This document shows positions 28,208 through 37,770 of a stretch of 64,000 bases of DNA, in pieces; position 1 is the stretch's first letter; each line of letters begins with the position of its first letter. This DNA is from Bdellovibrionales bacterium. GTDB lineage: Bacteria > Bdellovibrionota > Bdellovibrionia > Bdellovibrionales > Bdellovibrionaceae. Below the pieces are notes generated by a model. It saw only the letters and a list, made by a program, of their open reading frames with translations, had not been told where the DNA came from and made no database searches. The stretch spans positions 64,001 through 128,000 of the forward strand of contig JANMPT010000077.1 of the NCBI GenBank assembly GCA_031370005.1. The letters run 5' to 3'. A program made the position numbers and the translations under genes.

Positions 28208-29460
28208 AATCTTTGATTCGAAAACTATTCAGATTATTGCCTGAACAAAAAAGACTTCACCTGATTCGTCAGAATGTTCGTGTACCAGCAGGCTTAAATA
28301 ATATTGTGCTTAAACTCGCTACAACCAAGGATGAACTGGAACAAGCTTACTGCTTACTCCATGACTCTTATGTTGGACAAAGCTTAATGGATCCACATCC
28401 CTCAGGAATGAGATTCAATATCTGGTCAGCATTGCCATATACAAGTGTTATCGTCGCTAAAATTGAGAACAAAGTGGTTGGGACAGTCTCTTTGATCAAA
28501 GACTCTCCTATTGGCTTTCCCTCTGATAAGATATACCAGGAGGAAAACAATGCGCACCGAAAAAACAGAAGACGCATGGTAGAGGTCTCAGCATTTGCAG
28601 TAGACCCCATGTTTCGGCAAGACGGACACAAGATAAGTCTCTATTTGATGAAATATCTCTATCAATATTCACAAAACTATCTGAATGCAGATATGCTTTG
28701 TGCTACAATTCGTAAGCATGTTTTAGATTTTTATAAAGCTTTGTTTTCTTTTGAGCAAAATGGAAAAGCTGTTCGCTATGATTTTGTGAAAGGAACTCTC
28801 GCAGTACAGATCTCTTTGGATCTTACATGCGAAAATATCGAAAAAATCCAAAACATGTACTCAAAATATCCCGCAAAATCCAATATTTATAATTTCTGTG
28901 TTACTCCTGAGACTCAAGCAGCATTTGAATTCCCAAAACAATTAAAAGAGATCTCAATGAATCCCGTAATGACCCCTCTGTTGTTGGATTACTTTTTAGT
29001 AAAAAAGACCGGGCTTTACCGCGAACTCAGTCCACGCATGCTTGAGCTTGTACACAGCGCCTACAGCAATCACCCCGATCTAGCAAATACTCTGCCTAAG
29101 CTGCAACATGTGGATTATACCAATCGACCTAACTTTCGCTATTTAACAAATGTTCGAGCTGTTTTTATGGCAAAGAATATTTCCGTGATAGGTACAATTT
29201 TAGATCTCTCTACTGATGGAGCTTTTTTTGCTGCCGGCACCGAGCTACCAAATGAAGCTGAGGGCCAAATAATCTTTACCATTCAAGGTCAAAAGTATCA
29301 AATTCCCTGCTCAATAATTTGGATGAATCGCGGAAATACCTTAAGATATCCAACTGGACTCGGCATAAAATTTGAAAAGTCTGTACCCTTTCTTAATGAG
29401 TTGTTTCAGAAAACAAATATGAATCTGGACCCTCAACGTAGAGTGCTCCGGGCAGGGTGA
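28204..29460 (+). CDS. FeeM-type N-acyl amino acid synthase (GNAT) fused to a C-terminal PilZ domain
   Basis: KLATT..EQAY.LLHDSY, VVGTVSL..DS..GFP, EVSAFAVD, FY..LF.F (FeeM); RPNFR plus DLSTDG..G..F (PilZ); ATGA-coupled to the nitroreductase. Confidence 0.82.
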   Translation: MKSLIRKLFRLLPEQKRLHLIRQNVRVPAGLNNIVLKLATTKDELEQAYCLLHDSYVGQSLMDPHPSGMRFNIWSALPYTSVIVAKIENKVVGTVSLIKDSPIGFPSDKIYQEENNAHRKNRRRMVEVSAFAVDPMFRQDGHKISLYLMKYLYQYSQNYLNADMLCATIRKHVLDFYKALFSFEQNGKAVRYDFVKGTLAVQISLDLTCENIEKIQNMYSKYPAKSNIYNFCVTPETQAAFEFPKQLKEISMNPVMTPLLLDYFLVKKTGLYRELSPRMLELVHSAYSNHPDLANTLPKLQHVDYTNRPNFRYLTNVRAVFMAKNISVIGTILDLSTDGAFFAAGTELPNEAEGQIIFTIQGQKYQIPCSIIWMNRGNTLRYPTGLGIKFEKSVPFLNELFQKTNMNLDPQRRVLRAG

Positions 29461-29582
29461 GCAGAGCTCAGCCGGTTCATTAACTTTTTTGATTTTTTTA
29501 AGAAGAAATCGTTAAGTTATATAGCTTAATTGAAGAAAAGATAACTGGAATTTTACACTGGCTACTTATATAACCAGAAATA

Positions 29583-30821
29583 ATGAAAAGTGAATTATGC
29601 GTTCTTATCGTAGAAGACTCCAGTGATGATGCTCAATTAATTATTCACGATCTTAAGCGTAAGGGTTTTACAATTACCTGGGAACGTGTCCAGTCGGCAC
29701 AAGAGCTGCGAACAGCCTTGAATCACAGGACTTGGGATATTGTTCTGTCTGACTACTCAATGCCTCAATTCAATGCTATTGATGCTCTGAAAATTATCAA
29801 AGAGACTGACCCCGATCTTCCTTGTATCATTATCTCCGGGACGATTGGTGAAGAGACCGCTGTTACCGCTATGCAAGCGGGAGCACAAGATTTTTTTGTA
29901 AAAGGGCGTTTGGCGAGACTAAGCTCCGCGATCCAGCGGCAATTAACTGAAGCTGAAAATATCCGTAAGCGTCGGAAAGCCGAACGTGACCTTCGAGCCA
30001 GTGAGCAGCGTTTAGCTAAGGAGCGTGAAAAGGCACTCGAACAAGAAAGAGCAGCTCGTGAAAAAATTGAAAGCCTATACCTTGAAGCACAAGAGGCCAA
30101 TCGACTTAAAGAAGAATTTCTAACCAACCTCTCCCATGAGCTGCGCACTCCGATGGTCGCTATTACTGGCTGGGCTGAATTGCTTGCCAAGGGCGAGTGT
30201 AGTGCTGATGATTACCCAGTCGCTTTTTCGGCCATTTACCGAAGTGCGAAAGTACAAAATAAACTAATCAATGATCTTATCGATCTATCACGAATCATCA
30301 CCGGCAAATTCAACATTGAAAAGAAGCCTGTCGATATGGAGATTCTCGCACGAACTGTGTTAGAATCTTTTCGCCCTGCCGCCGAAGCCAAGAGCCTTGA
30401 ATTAAAAATCCTCAGCACTGCGCCTGTTGATGGCTTTGTTGCTGGTGACCAGGAGTCTCTTCAGCGTGTCCTCAGTAACTTGCTTGAAAATGCCATCAAG
30501 TTCACACCCATTGGAGGACGCATTCTTCTCGAAATACGATACGCCGGAACCACAGTTGAGCTCAGTGTCAATGATACGGGGGAAGGCATTGCTCCGGTAT
30601 TTTTACCTCATATTTTCAATCTTTTTCGCCAAGCAAATGGCAGCCTGACCCGTCCCCATGGCGGCTTGGGCCTTGGGCTTGCCATCGTTCGCTATTTGAC
30701 CGAACTCCATGGTGGACAAGTCGAAGCTAAGAGCGAGGGTCTTGGCAAGGGCGCAAAATTAGTAGTGAGACTTCCTTGGATAACTAAAAGAGAGTTCGCT
30801 ATTGGAGCTGCGCCTGGCTAA
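29583..30821 (+). CDS. hybrid receiver-histidine kinase (REC-HisKA-HATPase)
   Basis: VEDS..LSDYSMP receiver; SHELRTP; NLLENAIKFT; GGLGLGL. Confidence 0.92.
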   Translation: MKSELCVLIVEDSSDDAQLIIHDLKRKGFTITWERVQSAQELRTALNHRTWDIVLSDYSMPQFNAIDALKIIKETDPDLPCIIISGTIGEETAVTAMQAGAQDFFVKGRLARLSSAIQRQLTEAENIRKRRKAERDLRASEQRLAKEREKALEQERAAREKIESLYLEAQEANRLKEEFLTNLSHELRTPMVAITGWAELLAKGECSADDYPVAFSAIYRSAKVQNKLINDLIDLSRIITGKFNIEKKPVDMEILARTVLESFRPAAEAKSLELKILSTAPVDGFVAGDQESLQRVLSNLLENAIKFTPIGGRILLEIRYAGTTVELSVNDTGEGIAPVFLPHIFNLFRQANGSLTRPHGGLGLGLAIVRYLTELHGGQVEAKSEGLGKGAKLVVRLPWITKREFAIGAAPG

Positions 30822-30825
30822 TTTT

Positions 30826-31281
30826 TTATTGTTGCAATATAGGCGGCTGATTGAGCAGCAACCAATAAAGACCCAATTGTTTTACTGCATCCATGAATTT
30901 GTCAAAATCCACGGGTTTTACAATATAACTATTCACTCCTAGTTGGTAACTTTCTACGACATCGCGCTCTTCACGAGATGATGTCATAATCACTACGGGA
31001 ATTGATCTCAGGAGCATATCACCTTTGATCCGCTTGAGAACTTCAAGGCCGTCCACTTTGGGAAGCTTAAGATCAAGAAGAATCAAACGGGGTTTTTTAT
31101 TTATTTTCCCAACATGAAGCCCAGTGCAAAAAAGAAAATCCAAAGCTTCCGCGCCATCTCGTGCAACGTGAATCTCGTTCTTTAAGTTGTGCTGTTTAAA
31201 GGCATGAAGTGCTAGCCTGACATCGTCAGGGTTATCTTCAATGAGAAGCACTTCAATAGGCTCATCTGTAAGTACCGTCAT
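30826..31281 (-). CDS. single-domain response regulator (Rcp1-like)
   Basis: IEDNPDD, LLDLKLPKVDG, TSS, NSYIVKP, YWL; ATGA overlap with the kinase. Confidence 0.93.
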   Translation of the reverse strand: MTVLTDEPIEVLLIEDNPDDVRLALHAFKQHNLKNEIHVARDGAEALDFLFCTGLHVGKINKKPRLILLDLKLPKVDGLEVLKRIKGDMLLRSIPVVIMTSSREERDVVESYQLGVNSYIVKPVDFDKFMDAVKQLGLYWLLLNQPPILQQ

Positions 31282-34067
31282 ATATTCCTCTCCTTTTGTA
31301 ATGTAAAATAAAACGTGGCGCCTTGTTGAACTGCAGACTCCGCCCATATCCGACCACCGTGACGCTCAATAATTCTTTTAACAATGGCAAGCCCCACCCC
31401 CGTACCTTCAAAATCCTCTTCCCGATGAAGGCGTTGAAAAACACCGAAGAGTTTGTCAGCATAGCGCATATCAAAACCAACGCCGTTGTCCTTTATGAAA
31501 TAAGTGACCTGATCATCCTGATTAGACGAAATTTCTCCAATTTCGAGGATTGCAACCTCTTTCTGCCGACTATACTTAAGCGCATTGGATAAAAGGTTGA
31601 GCCAAACTTGTTTAAGTAAAGTTGGATCACCATAGCAAGGAGGCAATGGCACTTGATGAATCTCAATCTGACGATTTTTAATTTCATCTTGTAACTCATC
31701 CAGCGTTTGTTCGACCATGGCTGCGGTGTCCACGCGCTGCTTAACCATGGCATGACGACCCAAGCGTGAGAAAGCCAGAAGATCATCAATCAGGCGCCCC
31801 ATTTTTTGCGTATTGTACCGGATCCTCTCTAGAAAATCCCGGGCCGAATCCGTCATCGCCTTAGCATCTTCTTCCATGAGGATTTTTGAAAAGCCGTCGA
31901 TGACCCGCAAAGGAGCCCGTAAATCGTGGGAAACTGAATAACTAAAGGCCTCAAGCTCCGCATTGGCATGCTCTGCGGCTTCTTTTCCTCGGCGCAATGC
32001 TTCTGCTTCTGATGCCTGCTTACGTTCTGTTATATCGCGAATATAGCTTGTGAAGAGTGGACTGCCTTCGGCGCGAATACGTATTATGGCAATCTCCGCC
32101 GGAAATTCAGTGCCGTTTTTTCTAAGAGCAGGCAATTCAACTCTTCTGCCGATAACATGCTCTTCCCCCGTAGCTAAATAACGTTCGAGACCATTTTTAT
32201 GCTGCAGTCTCAATCGCTGTGGCACAATCACCTCAGCAAGAAGCTGACCTATCACCTCTTTTCTGGAATAGCCAAAAGTCTTCTCAGCCGCAGTGTTAAA
32301 ATCAACAATTTTTCCTTCGCAGTCCATGATCACGATTGCATCCATTGCAGCTTCCATGACCGCTGCTTTACGGGCTTCGCTCGCTCTTAAACTTTGCTCC
32401 GCTTTTAATGCCTCTGTTTGATCACGAAAAACCAGAACGACTCCGCACATCTTTCCTTCACCATCACGAATCGGTGCGCCGCTATCTGCTATGGGGCGCT
32501 TGTTGCCATCTCGGGAAATCAAAATCGTGTGATTGGCTAGGCCGACCACAGCACCCTTCTCCAGAACATGATCCACAGGGCTTACCACTGGCCGGAGATT
32601 TTCTTCGTTGATAATGTGAAAGACTTCCTCAAGTCGATGGGATTGAGCTTGCTCAAAAGTCCAACCGGTGAGCTGTTCAGCCTGCGGATTCATGCGCACA
32701 ACCCTGCCCTCAATATCCGTTGCGATCACACCGTCGCCGATGCTATTCAGTGTGATAGCTAAATTCTGCTCGCTTTCACGCAAGGCATCAGTTGCATGGA
32801 GCAACTCCGCTGTGCGTTCTTGAACTCTCATCTCGAGGGTGTCGCGAGCTTCTTGCAATGCCTGAGATTGTGTCTCGATCCGCTCGGCCATGGAATTGAA
32901 ACTCTCTCCCAAGATACCTATTTCATCTTTGTATTTTACAGCCACGCGTGCCCTGAGATCACCTTTTCCGAGTCGATCCGTCGCAACAGAAAGTACACGA
33001 ATTGGCTTTGATAAGACGGAAGAAAACAAGCTTCCGCCAAGAAATGCCATCAGTATAATAAGTCCAGCATAGATCGTTTTTTTCTCGGTCATAATATCAA
33101 TCGGTATTTGAAGTGAGCTTTGTGGTATCATGTAAAAGATAGTCCATGGAACCGTCTTGAACTGACGTCCTACACCATAGTACCAAGCCTGGTTCATGGG
33201 AGCAAAGCCATGGAAGAAGGATTCATCTGGCAACTTCTGCCGAGCTCGAGCAAATTGCTCAGGAAAACTCTTCACCTCAGTGAGCAATTTTCGTGTTTCA
33301 TCACCATAGCGACTTTCTGCAATAAGCGAATCTAAAACTGCTGGTTCCAGAGGTCCTGCTGGATGAAAAATACTATCTGAGTTATAAGTGTGTGCAATTC
33401 TAATGCCTAGCTTATTAAATATAACAGCATAGCTCCCAAGACCTGCCAGATCATTTGACGCTTTAGCAATATCCCAGAGAGATTTTGCTCTCACCCATAT
33501 AACAAAAAGACCGACTTTCTTTTTATCAGATCCAAATATGCTAGCAGCGTACGCAATCGTTGGTAAGGATCCCACCTCAGGTTCCGCAACATAGATATCT
33601 GAAGTAACTAGATCATCCTTTAGAGCCTCTTGGATATATGTCTGACTTGAAAGGTCATGGCCAATAAGTTGATTTTCTGTTGCAATTTTCACTACGCCTT
33701 TCAGACTAAGAATCGCGGCGCCACGCACATTCGGATCAATTGCAGGTTGGATTTCCAAAATGACCAGAGCATTGGCATCCAGTTCATGACGGTGGCGAGG
33801 GTCTCTACGTAGAAAATCAATCACGCCCGGCAAGCGTGAATACTTTCGCACAGATCTCTGATATCCACGATGGAAATTATCCAACTCATCAACCAAATGG
33901 TCAGAGCGGGCCATTAGAAGGGCCGTCGTGTTCTTTATCTGCTTACTTTGCATATCACGAATCTCAAAGAAGGCAGCCAATACAAGAGGAAGAACCGAGA
34001 CTATAATAAGCAGCAGCACTACTTTAATGCGTAAGGGCCAATTCATGATATAAAATAGCAATTTCAT
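31278..34067 (-). CDS. membrane sensor histidine kinase (Cache-HAMP-PAS-PAS-HisKA-HATPase)
   Basis: Two TMs flanking a Cache region, DEIG HAMP, two PAS/PAC, FSYSVSHDLRAP, DNGVGFD, GTGVGL; start could be 34091. Confidence 0.92.
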   Translation of the reverse strand: MKLLFYIMNWPLRIKVVLLLIIVSVLPLVLAAFFEIRDMQSKQIKNTTALLMARSDHLVDELDNFHRGYQRSVRKYSRLPGVIDFLRRDPRHRHELDANALVILEIQPAIDPNVRGAAILSLKGVVKIATENQLIGHDLSSQTYIQEALKDDLVTSDIYVAEPEVGSLPTIAYAASIFGSDKKKVGLFVIWVRAKSLWDIAKASNDLAGLGSYAVIFNKLGIRIAHTYNSDSIFHPAGPLEPAVLDSLIAESRYGDETRKLLTEVKSFPEQFARARQKLPDESFFHGFAPMNQAWYYGVGRQFKTVPWTIFYMIPQSSLQIPIDIMTEKKTIYAGLIILMAFLGGSLFSSVLSKPIRVLSVATDRLGKGDLRARVAVKYKDEIGILGESFNSMAERIETQSQALQEARDTLEMRVQERTAELLHATDALRESEQNLAITLNSIGDGVIATDIEGRVVRMNPQAEQLTGWTFEQAQSHRLEEVFHIINEENLRPVVSPVDHVLEKGAVVGLANHTILISRDGNKRPIADSGAPIRDGEGKMCGVVLVFRDQTEALKAEQSLRASEARKAAVMEAAMDAIVIMDCEGKIVDFNTAAEKTFGYSRKEVIGQLLAEVIVPQRLRLQHKNGLERYLATGEEHVIGRRVELPALRKNGTEFPAEIAIIRIRAEGSPLFTSYIRDITERKQASEAEALRRGKEAAEHANAELEAFSYSVSHDLRAPLRVIDGFSKILMEEDAKAMTDSARDFLERIRYNTQKMGRLIDDLLAFSRLGRHAMVKQRVDTAAMVEQTLDELQDEIKNRQIEIHQVPLPPCYGDPTLLKQVWLNLLSNALKYSRQKEVAILEIGEISSNQDDQVTYFIKDNGVGFDMRYADKLFGVFQRLHREEDFEGTGVGLAIVKRIIERHGGRIWAESAVQQGATFYFTLQKERNI

Positions 34068-34078
34068 ATTCCGCACCC

Positions 34079-34495
34079 TCACAGCGCGCAAAGAATCTGA
34101 AATAACGAATTGCGATTAAGAGGCTTCCCAAGATGATCATCAAAGCCATTGGCAAGACACTGCAAGCGATCCTCTTTTAAAGTAAATGCGGTCAATGCGA
34201 CGATAGTTTTTTTATAGCCATTCGCTCTCAGCCTTGCGGTGGCTTCATACCCGTCCATTTCAGGCATCTGTATGTCCATGAGAATTAGATCAAAATCTTC
34301 TTTGAGGGCCATATCAACGCCAGCCCTACCGTTGTTTGCGGACTCTACTTGAATCCCCCACCTTCGTAACAGATGGCCTATGAGAATTTGATTTTCGGGC
34401 GAATCATCTATTTGCAGAACCTTTAATTTGGAAAATTTATTCTGCCAGTCTGCAAGCTTATCAGAGCTAAACGTTTCCTCCTTCATATCTAACAT
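34079..34495 (-). CDS. stand-alone response regulator receiver
   Basis: DDSPEN, LMDIQMPEMDG, ALTA, KP. Confidence 0.88.
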   Translation of the reverse strand: MLDMKEETFSSDKLADWQNKFSKLKVLQIDDSPENQILIGHLLRRWGIQVESANNGRAGVDMALKEDFDLILMDIQMPEMDGYEATARLRANGYKKTIVALTAFTLKEDRLQCLANGFDDHLGKPLNRNSLFQILCAL

Positions 34496-34707
34496 TACAC
34501 CCTCCACTAGTAATCTCTCGAAGCTATGCTAGCGGTTAATTCCGTCTTCATACTAAACAAATGAAATTTGTTACAAAATAGACCGATAAACTATTATTTT
34601 GAAGACAGCACTGTATCAATTGTCAAAATACAATTGAAGACTCTAAAAGAAGCATTATTCGAAATATTGTCTCGGGATCACTAAATATCCCTCCAGAAAT
34701 TGCAGCT

Positions 34708-36165
34708 CTATTTCTCGCGAGGGCTCAAATCGCCCACGTATTGTGGTTTCTGTAAGATCGACTGATAGACTTTATAATTGCGCTTTACTAAACGCACATA
34801 CTCGCGAGTTTCAGTATAAGGAATCATCTCAACGAACAAATCTATATTGTTGGTCGGATAACGTTTTTGCCAATCGCGAACGATGCCTGGGCCTGCGTTG
34901 TAAGCTGCGAGTGCTAATTCAATGGAGCCAAACTGATTGATCAATTGCCCTAGGAACTCAGAGCCTGCACGAATATTCGCTTCTGGACTTAGGAGCTGCT
35001 TTGGCTTTGTAATTCCAAAATATTTCGCCGTGGGATAAATCAACTGCATAAGGCCTGCAGCCTTCGCTCGACTTCGAGCCGCCGGGTTAAATGCACTCTC
35101 CTGGCGAATCAGTGCTTTAACTAGTACTGGGCTGGCACTCTTGCTATTCTCCACAATCTCTTTCCAGTAGCGAACCGGAAACAAAAGACCTGCAATGGAT
35201 GGAGAAAGCATTTCAGGGTGTTCTGAAAGATAACGATGCAGGGTTTGGAATACCGAGAGATCTGCGCTACTAAAGCTCATCATCACTAACATCGAAGTTT
35301 GAAATGGCAGTGGCAAGTTTCGAAATTTTTCATAATTCAATTTACTAGCAATATATTGTATTGTGGCGCTTTTGCCATTTTCATTGAGTTGAATAAAAGA
35401 TACCAGCAGGCGATCCCAATCTTCAGAACCACTTGAAGTTGTTAAAATCCATTTTGGTTTTTGGGAGCCTGACATGTCTAGCTTTTTCGCATCAGCGAGC
35501 AGACTGCCATAACCACCCCAAGGGTTTCTATCACTCGTTACTGGTGTTGCTGAGCAAAGACTGCGCAAAAAAGCAAGCCGATCACTTACTCCACGCTCTG
35601 GAGTCATCGGAAACATATTTAGATACTCCATGGCTCTTGGGCACTCGCCGCCTTGAATCGAGAAAACGGCCAAACGAAAAAGACTTTCTTGTCTTGGAAA
35701 GGCTGTGCAGACCAGTATTTGCTCATGCAATGCGCGAGATACTGTACTTGCTTCGATCTCAGGAAAATCTAACTCTAGGGAAAATCCGAGAGCCTGGCTT
35801 TCTACGGCTTTTCCGCAGTCAAATTTAGCCACTAGCTCGTGGCCCTTTTTTGTTTTTTTCGCTAGACTCCAGGTACGAAATTTTCGCAGGTATGCTTGCA
35901 ATAAGCTTTTCTCTTTTGTTGCTTGCGAGAGTTTTTCCGCTTTTATTGATTTAGGAATATTGATTGCCGGATCTCGGGAGTTTAATCCAGTGAAACTTTT
36001 CAGCGAAGTTTGCGCCTTCAAATAAGCAAGGGTCGGACCTTCCCCTTGCTGAAGAGCCTGCTCTAATTCCAAGGTCGCCAAAGCACTACCCATTGCATTT
36101 GGCTGACGAGGTTTCGAAACACAACCAAAAACAAACAATAATATAAAAACAAGCATATAGCGCAT
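34708..36165 (-). CDS. soluble lytic transglycosylase (SLT domain) lipoprotein
   Basis: Lipobox VFGC; IRQESAF, GLMQL, AAYNAG, ETREYV. Confidence 0.92.
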   Translation of the reverse strand: MRYMLVFILLFVFGCVSKPRQPNAMGSALATLELEQALQQGEGPTLAYLKAQTSLKSFTGLNSRDPAINIPKSIKAEKLSQATKEKSLLQAYLRKFRTWSLAKKTKKGHELVAKFDCGKAVESQALGFSLELDFPEIEASTVSRALHEQILVCTAFPRQESLFRLAVFSIQGGECPRAMEYLNMFPMTPERGVSDRLAFLRSLCSATPVTSDRNPWGGYGSLLADAKKLDMSGSQKPKWILTTSSGSEDWDRLLVSFIQLNENGKSATIQYIASKLNYEKFRNLPLPFQTSMLVMMSFSSADLSVFQTLHRYLSEHPEMLSPSIAGLLFPVRYWKEIVENSKSASPVLVKALIRQESAFNPAARSRAKAAGLMQLIYPTAKYFGITKPKQLLSPEANIRAGSEFLGQLINQFGSIELALAAYNAGPGIVRDWQKRYPTNNIDLFVEMIPYTETREYVRLVKRNYKVYQSILQKPQYVGDLSPREK

Positions 36166-36276
36166 AAATACCTATCGGAATTTTTCAAAAATCTACGCAC
36201 ACATTTTACATGAAATAGACCAAGGTACGGCCTTCTTTTTAGTATCGCAACGCATCCGAAAAAGGTAGGGCGTACC

Positions 36277-36303
36277 TAAAGATGTTTGCGTTTGTGCCGA
36301 AAG
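36277..36303 (+). promoter_or_regulatory. sigma28 (FliA)-type promoter
   Basis: TAAA-15 bp-GCCGAAAG upstream of the 36324 ORF. Confidence 0.7.
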
Positions 36304-36323
36304 AATATGAGGGGGTATAGAGT

Positions 36324-36602
36324 ATGAATTTGCAATTGAAAATGTTGTCAGCATTCCTCTTGTCAATAACGCTTATTTTTTTAACTGATTCATCTTTTGC
36401 TCAAGTAAAAAAAAGAAGCAAACCTGAAATTGCACTGACTCTTAAAAGCATTAAAAGACAGAGTAAAAAACCAACGGGTTATACAAAAGCATCCACATAT
36501 ATGATGAAAAGAAAAGTTGCGAGTGTCAAAAAGCGCAGTAAAAAAGTGAAGACCAGCCATACAAAAGCAAAAAGAAAAAAGGAAAAAATACATAGGCCCT
36601 GA
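36324..36602 (+). CDS. small secreted Lys/Arg-rich protein
   Basis: Signal peptide (SFA site), VKKRSK present twice, SD GAGGGG. Confidence 0.65.
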   Translation: MNLQLKMLSAFLLSITLIFLTDSSFAQVKKRSKPEIALTLKSIKRQSKKPTGYTKASTYMMKRKVASVKKRSKKVKTSHTKAKRKKEKIHRP

Positions 36603-36683
36603 TTTCGTGAAAACATCCAACCACCAGGGCGCCTGTGGACACGATCTCTTGTTATACTTGCAAGCATTAACAAGGAGGATTTT

Positions 36684-37097
36684 ATGTTGGTCAAAGAAGT
36701 CATGAAAGATAAAGCACAAGTTATCCATTTTGATCACTCCGTAGAAGAGGCTGCGATGCAAATGGAGAAGGGCAACTTTGGTTGTCTGCCTATTGAGAAA
36801 AGCGAGAAGATGATTGGCATGATCACCGACCGAGACATCGTCATTCGTCTTGTCTCTAAGGGCAAAGATCCTAAAAAAACAAATGTTATCGATTGTATGT
36901 CAGAAGGAATCAGCTATTGCTATCAAGACGAGGACATAGAGTCCGTCGCACACAAAATGGCTTCAGTCCAGGTGCGCCGACTCCCTGTTATCGATCGAAA
37001 TAAAAAACTAGTTGGTATGGTGAGCCTTTCTGATATCGCGCGGAAGGCAAAAAATGAGAAATTAACTCATGAAATTGTCAGCCAAATGTCCCACTAG
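36684..37097 (+). CDS. CBS domain pair protein
   Basis: GMITDRDI, VRRLPV..LVGMVSLSD; SD AGGAGG. Confidence 0.93.
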   Translation: MLVKEVMKDKAQVIHFDHSVEEAAMQMEKGNFGCLPIEKSEKMIGMITDRDIVIRLVSKGKDPKKTNVIDCMSEGISYCYQDEDIESVAHKMASVQVRRLPVIDRNKKLVGMVSLSDIARKAKNEKLTHEIVSQMSH

Positions 37098-37189
37098 AAG
37101 GTACCAGTTGCACTCCCTCCAGCCGCACTCCCTCTCTCGTCTCGTTGACAACGATGCGTGTCACGTTTTAAGTTGCGGAGGAGGGGGCT

Positions 37190-37681
37190 TTGATGACGGC
37201 ACAGGACCATTTTGACTCTACACTTAAACTTCGCAATGCTTTATTCAATTTACAAAAAGAGCTTCTTGGCCACCTTAAGGAAACCTTCGAGAAAGAATGC
37301 GGTCGGCAAGTTGGCCCTGGGGAATGGCTACAAGTGATTATGGTGGCACAACGCTACGCCTGGCTTCGAGAACTAACTTCATTAATGGCTGACATTGATA
37401 TTCTAACGGAACTCCATGTGTTTTCTCCAGAGCAAGCAAGCCTTGTTCGATCCGAAGTCGAAAGACTTTTTTTTGCCGCAAACTCCTCCTCTGATTTTAA
37501 CAAAAACTACCAAAAACTTATGTTATCTGGCGCTCCCTTTATATTGAGTCACGGTCTCTTACGTGACACAACCAGTAAGCTTCCTCAGCCAAGCAAACAC
37601 ATTGCCCGTGAGGAGGCGCACGAAGCAAGAAAAGGCTGGCATAAAGAACACCACGAACAATCTCGCAAACGCAGATCTTAA
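37190..37681 (+). CDS. hypothetical helical protein
   Basis: 163-aa ORF with strong SD; YAWLRELTSLMADID motif. Confidence 0.7.
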   Translation: MMTAQDHFDSTLKLRNALFNLQKELLGHLKETFEKECGRQVGPGEWLQVIMVAQRYAWLRELTSLMADIDILTELHVFSPEQASLVRSEVERLFFAANSSSDFNKNYQKLMLSGAPFILSHGLLRDTTSKLPQPSKHIAREEAHEARKGWHKEHHEQSRKRRS

Positions 37682-37770
37682 CATGCTTATCTTATGTCAA
37701 CAGTCCATCACAGAAGATTCACTTGTCTGTGTCCTAAGCTGTTTATTACAATGCTCCGAGAGGTGCTGAA

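Noticed and set aside
34562..34590. Plus-strand sigma28-like ACCGATAA element
   Set aside because: No downstream plus-strand gene or terminator; may be chance
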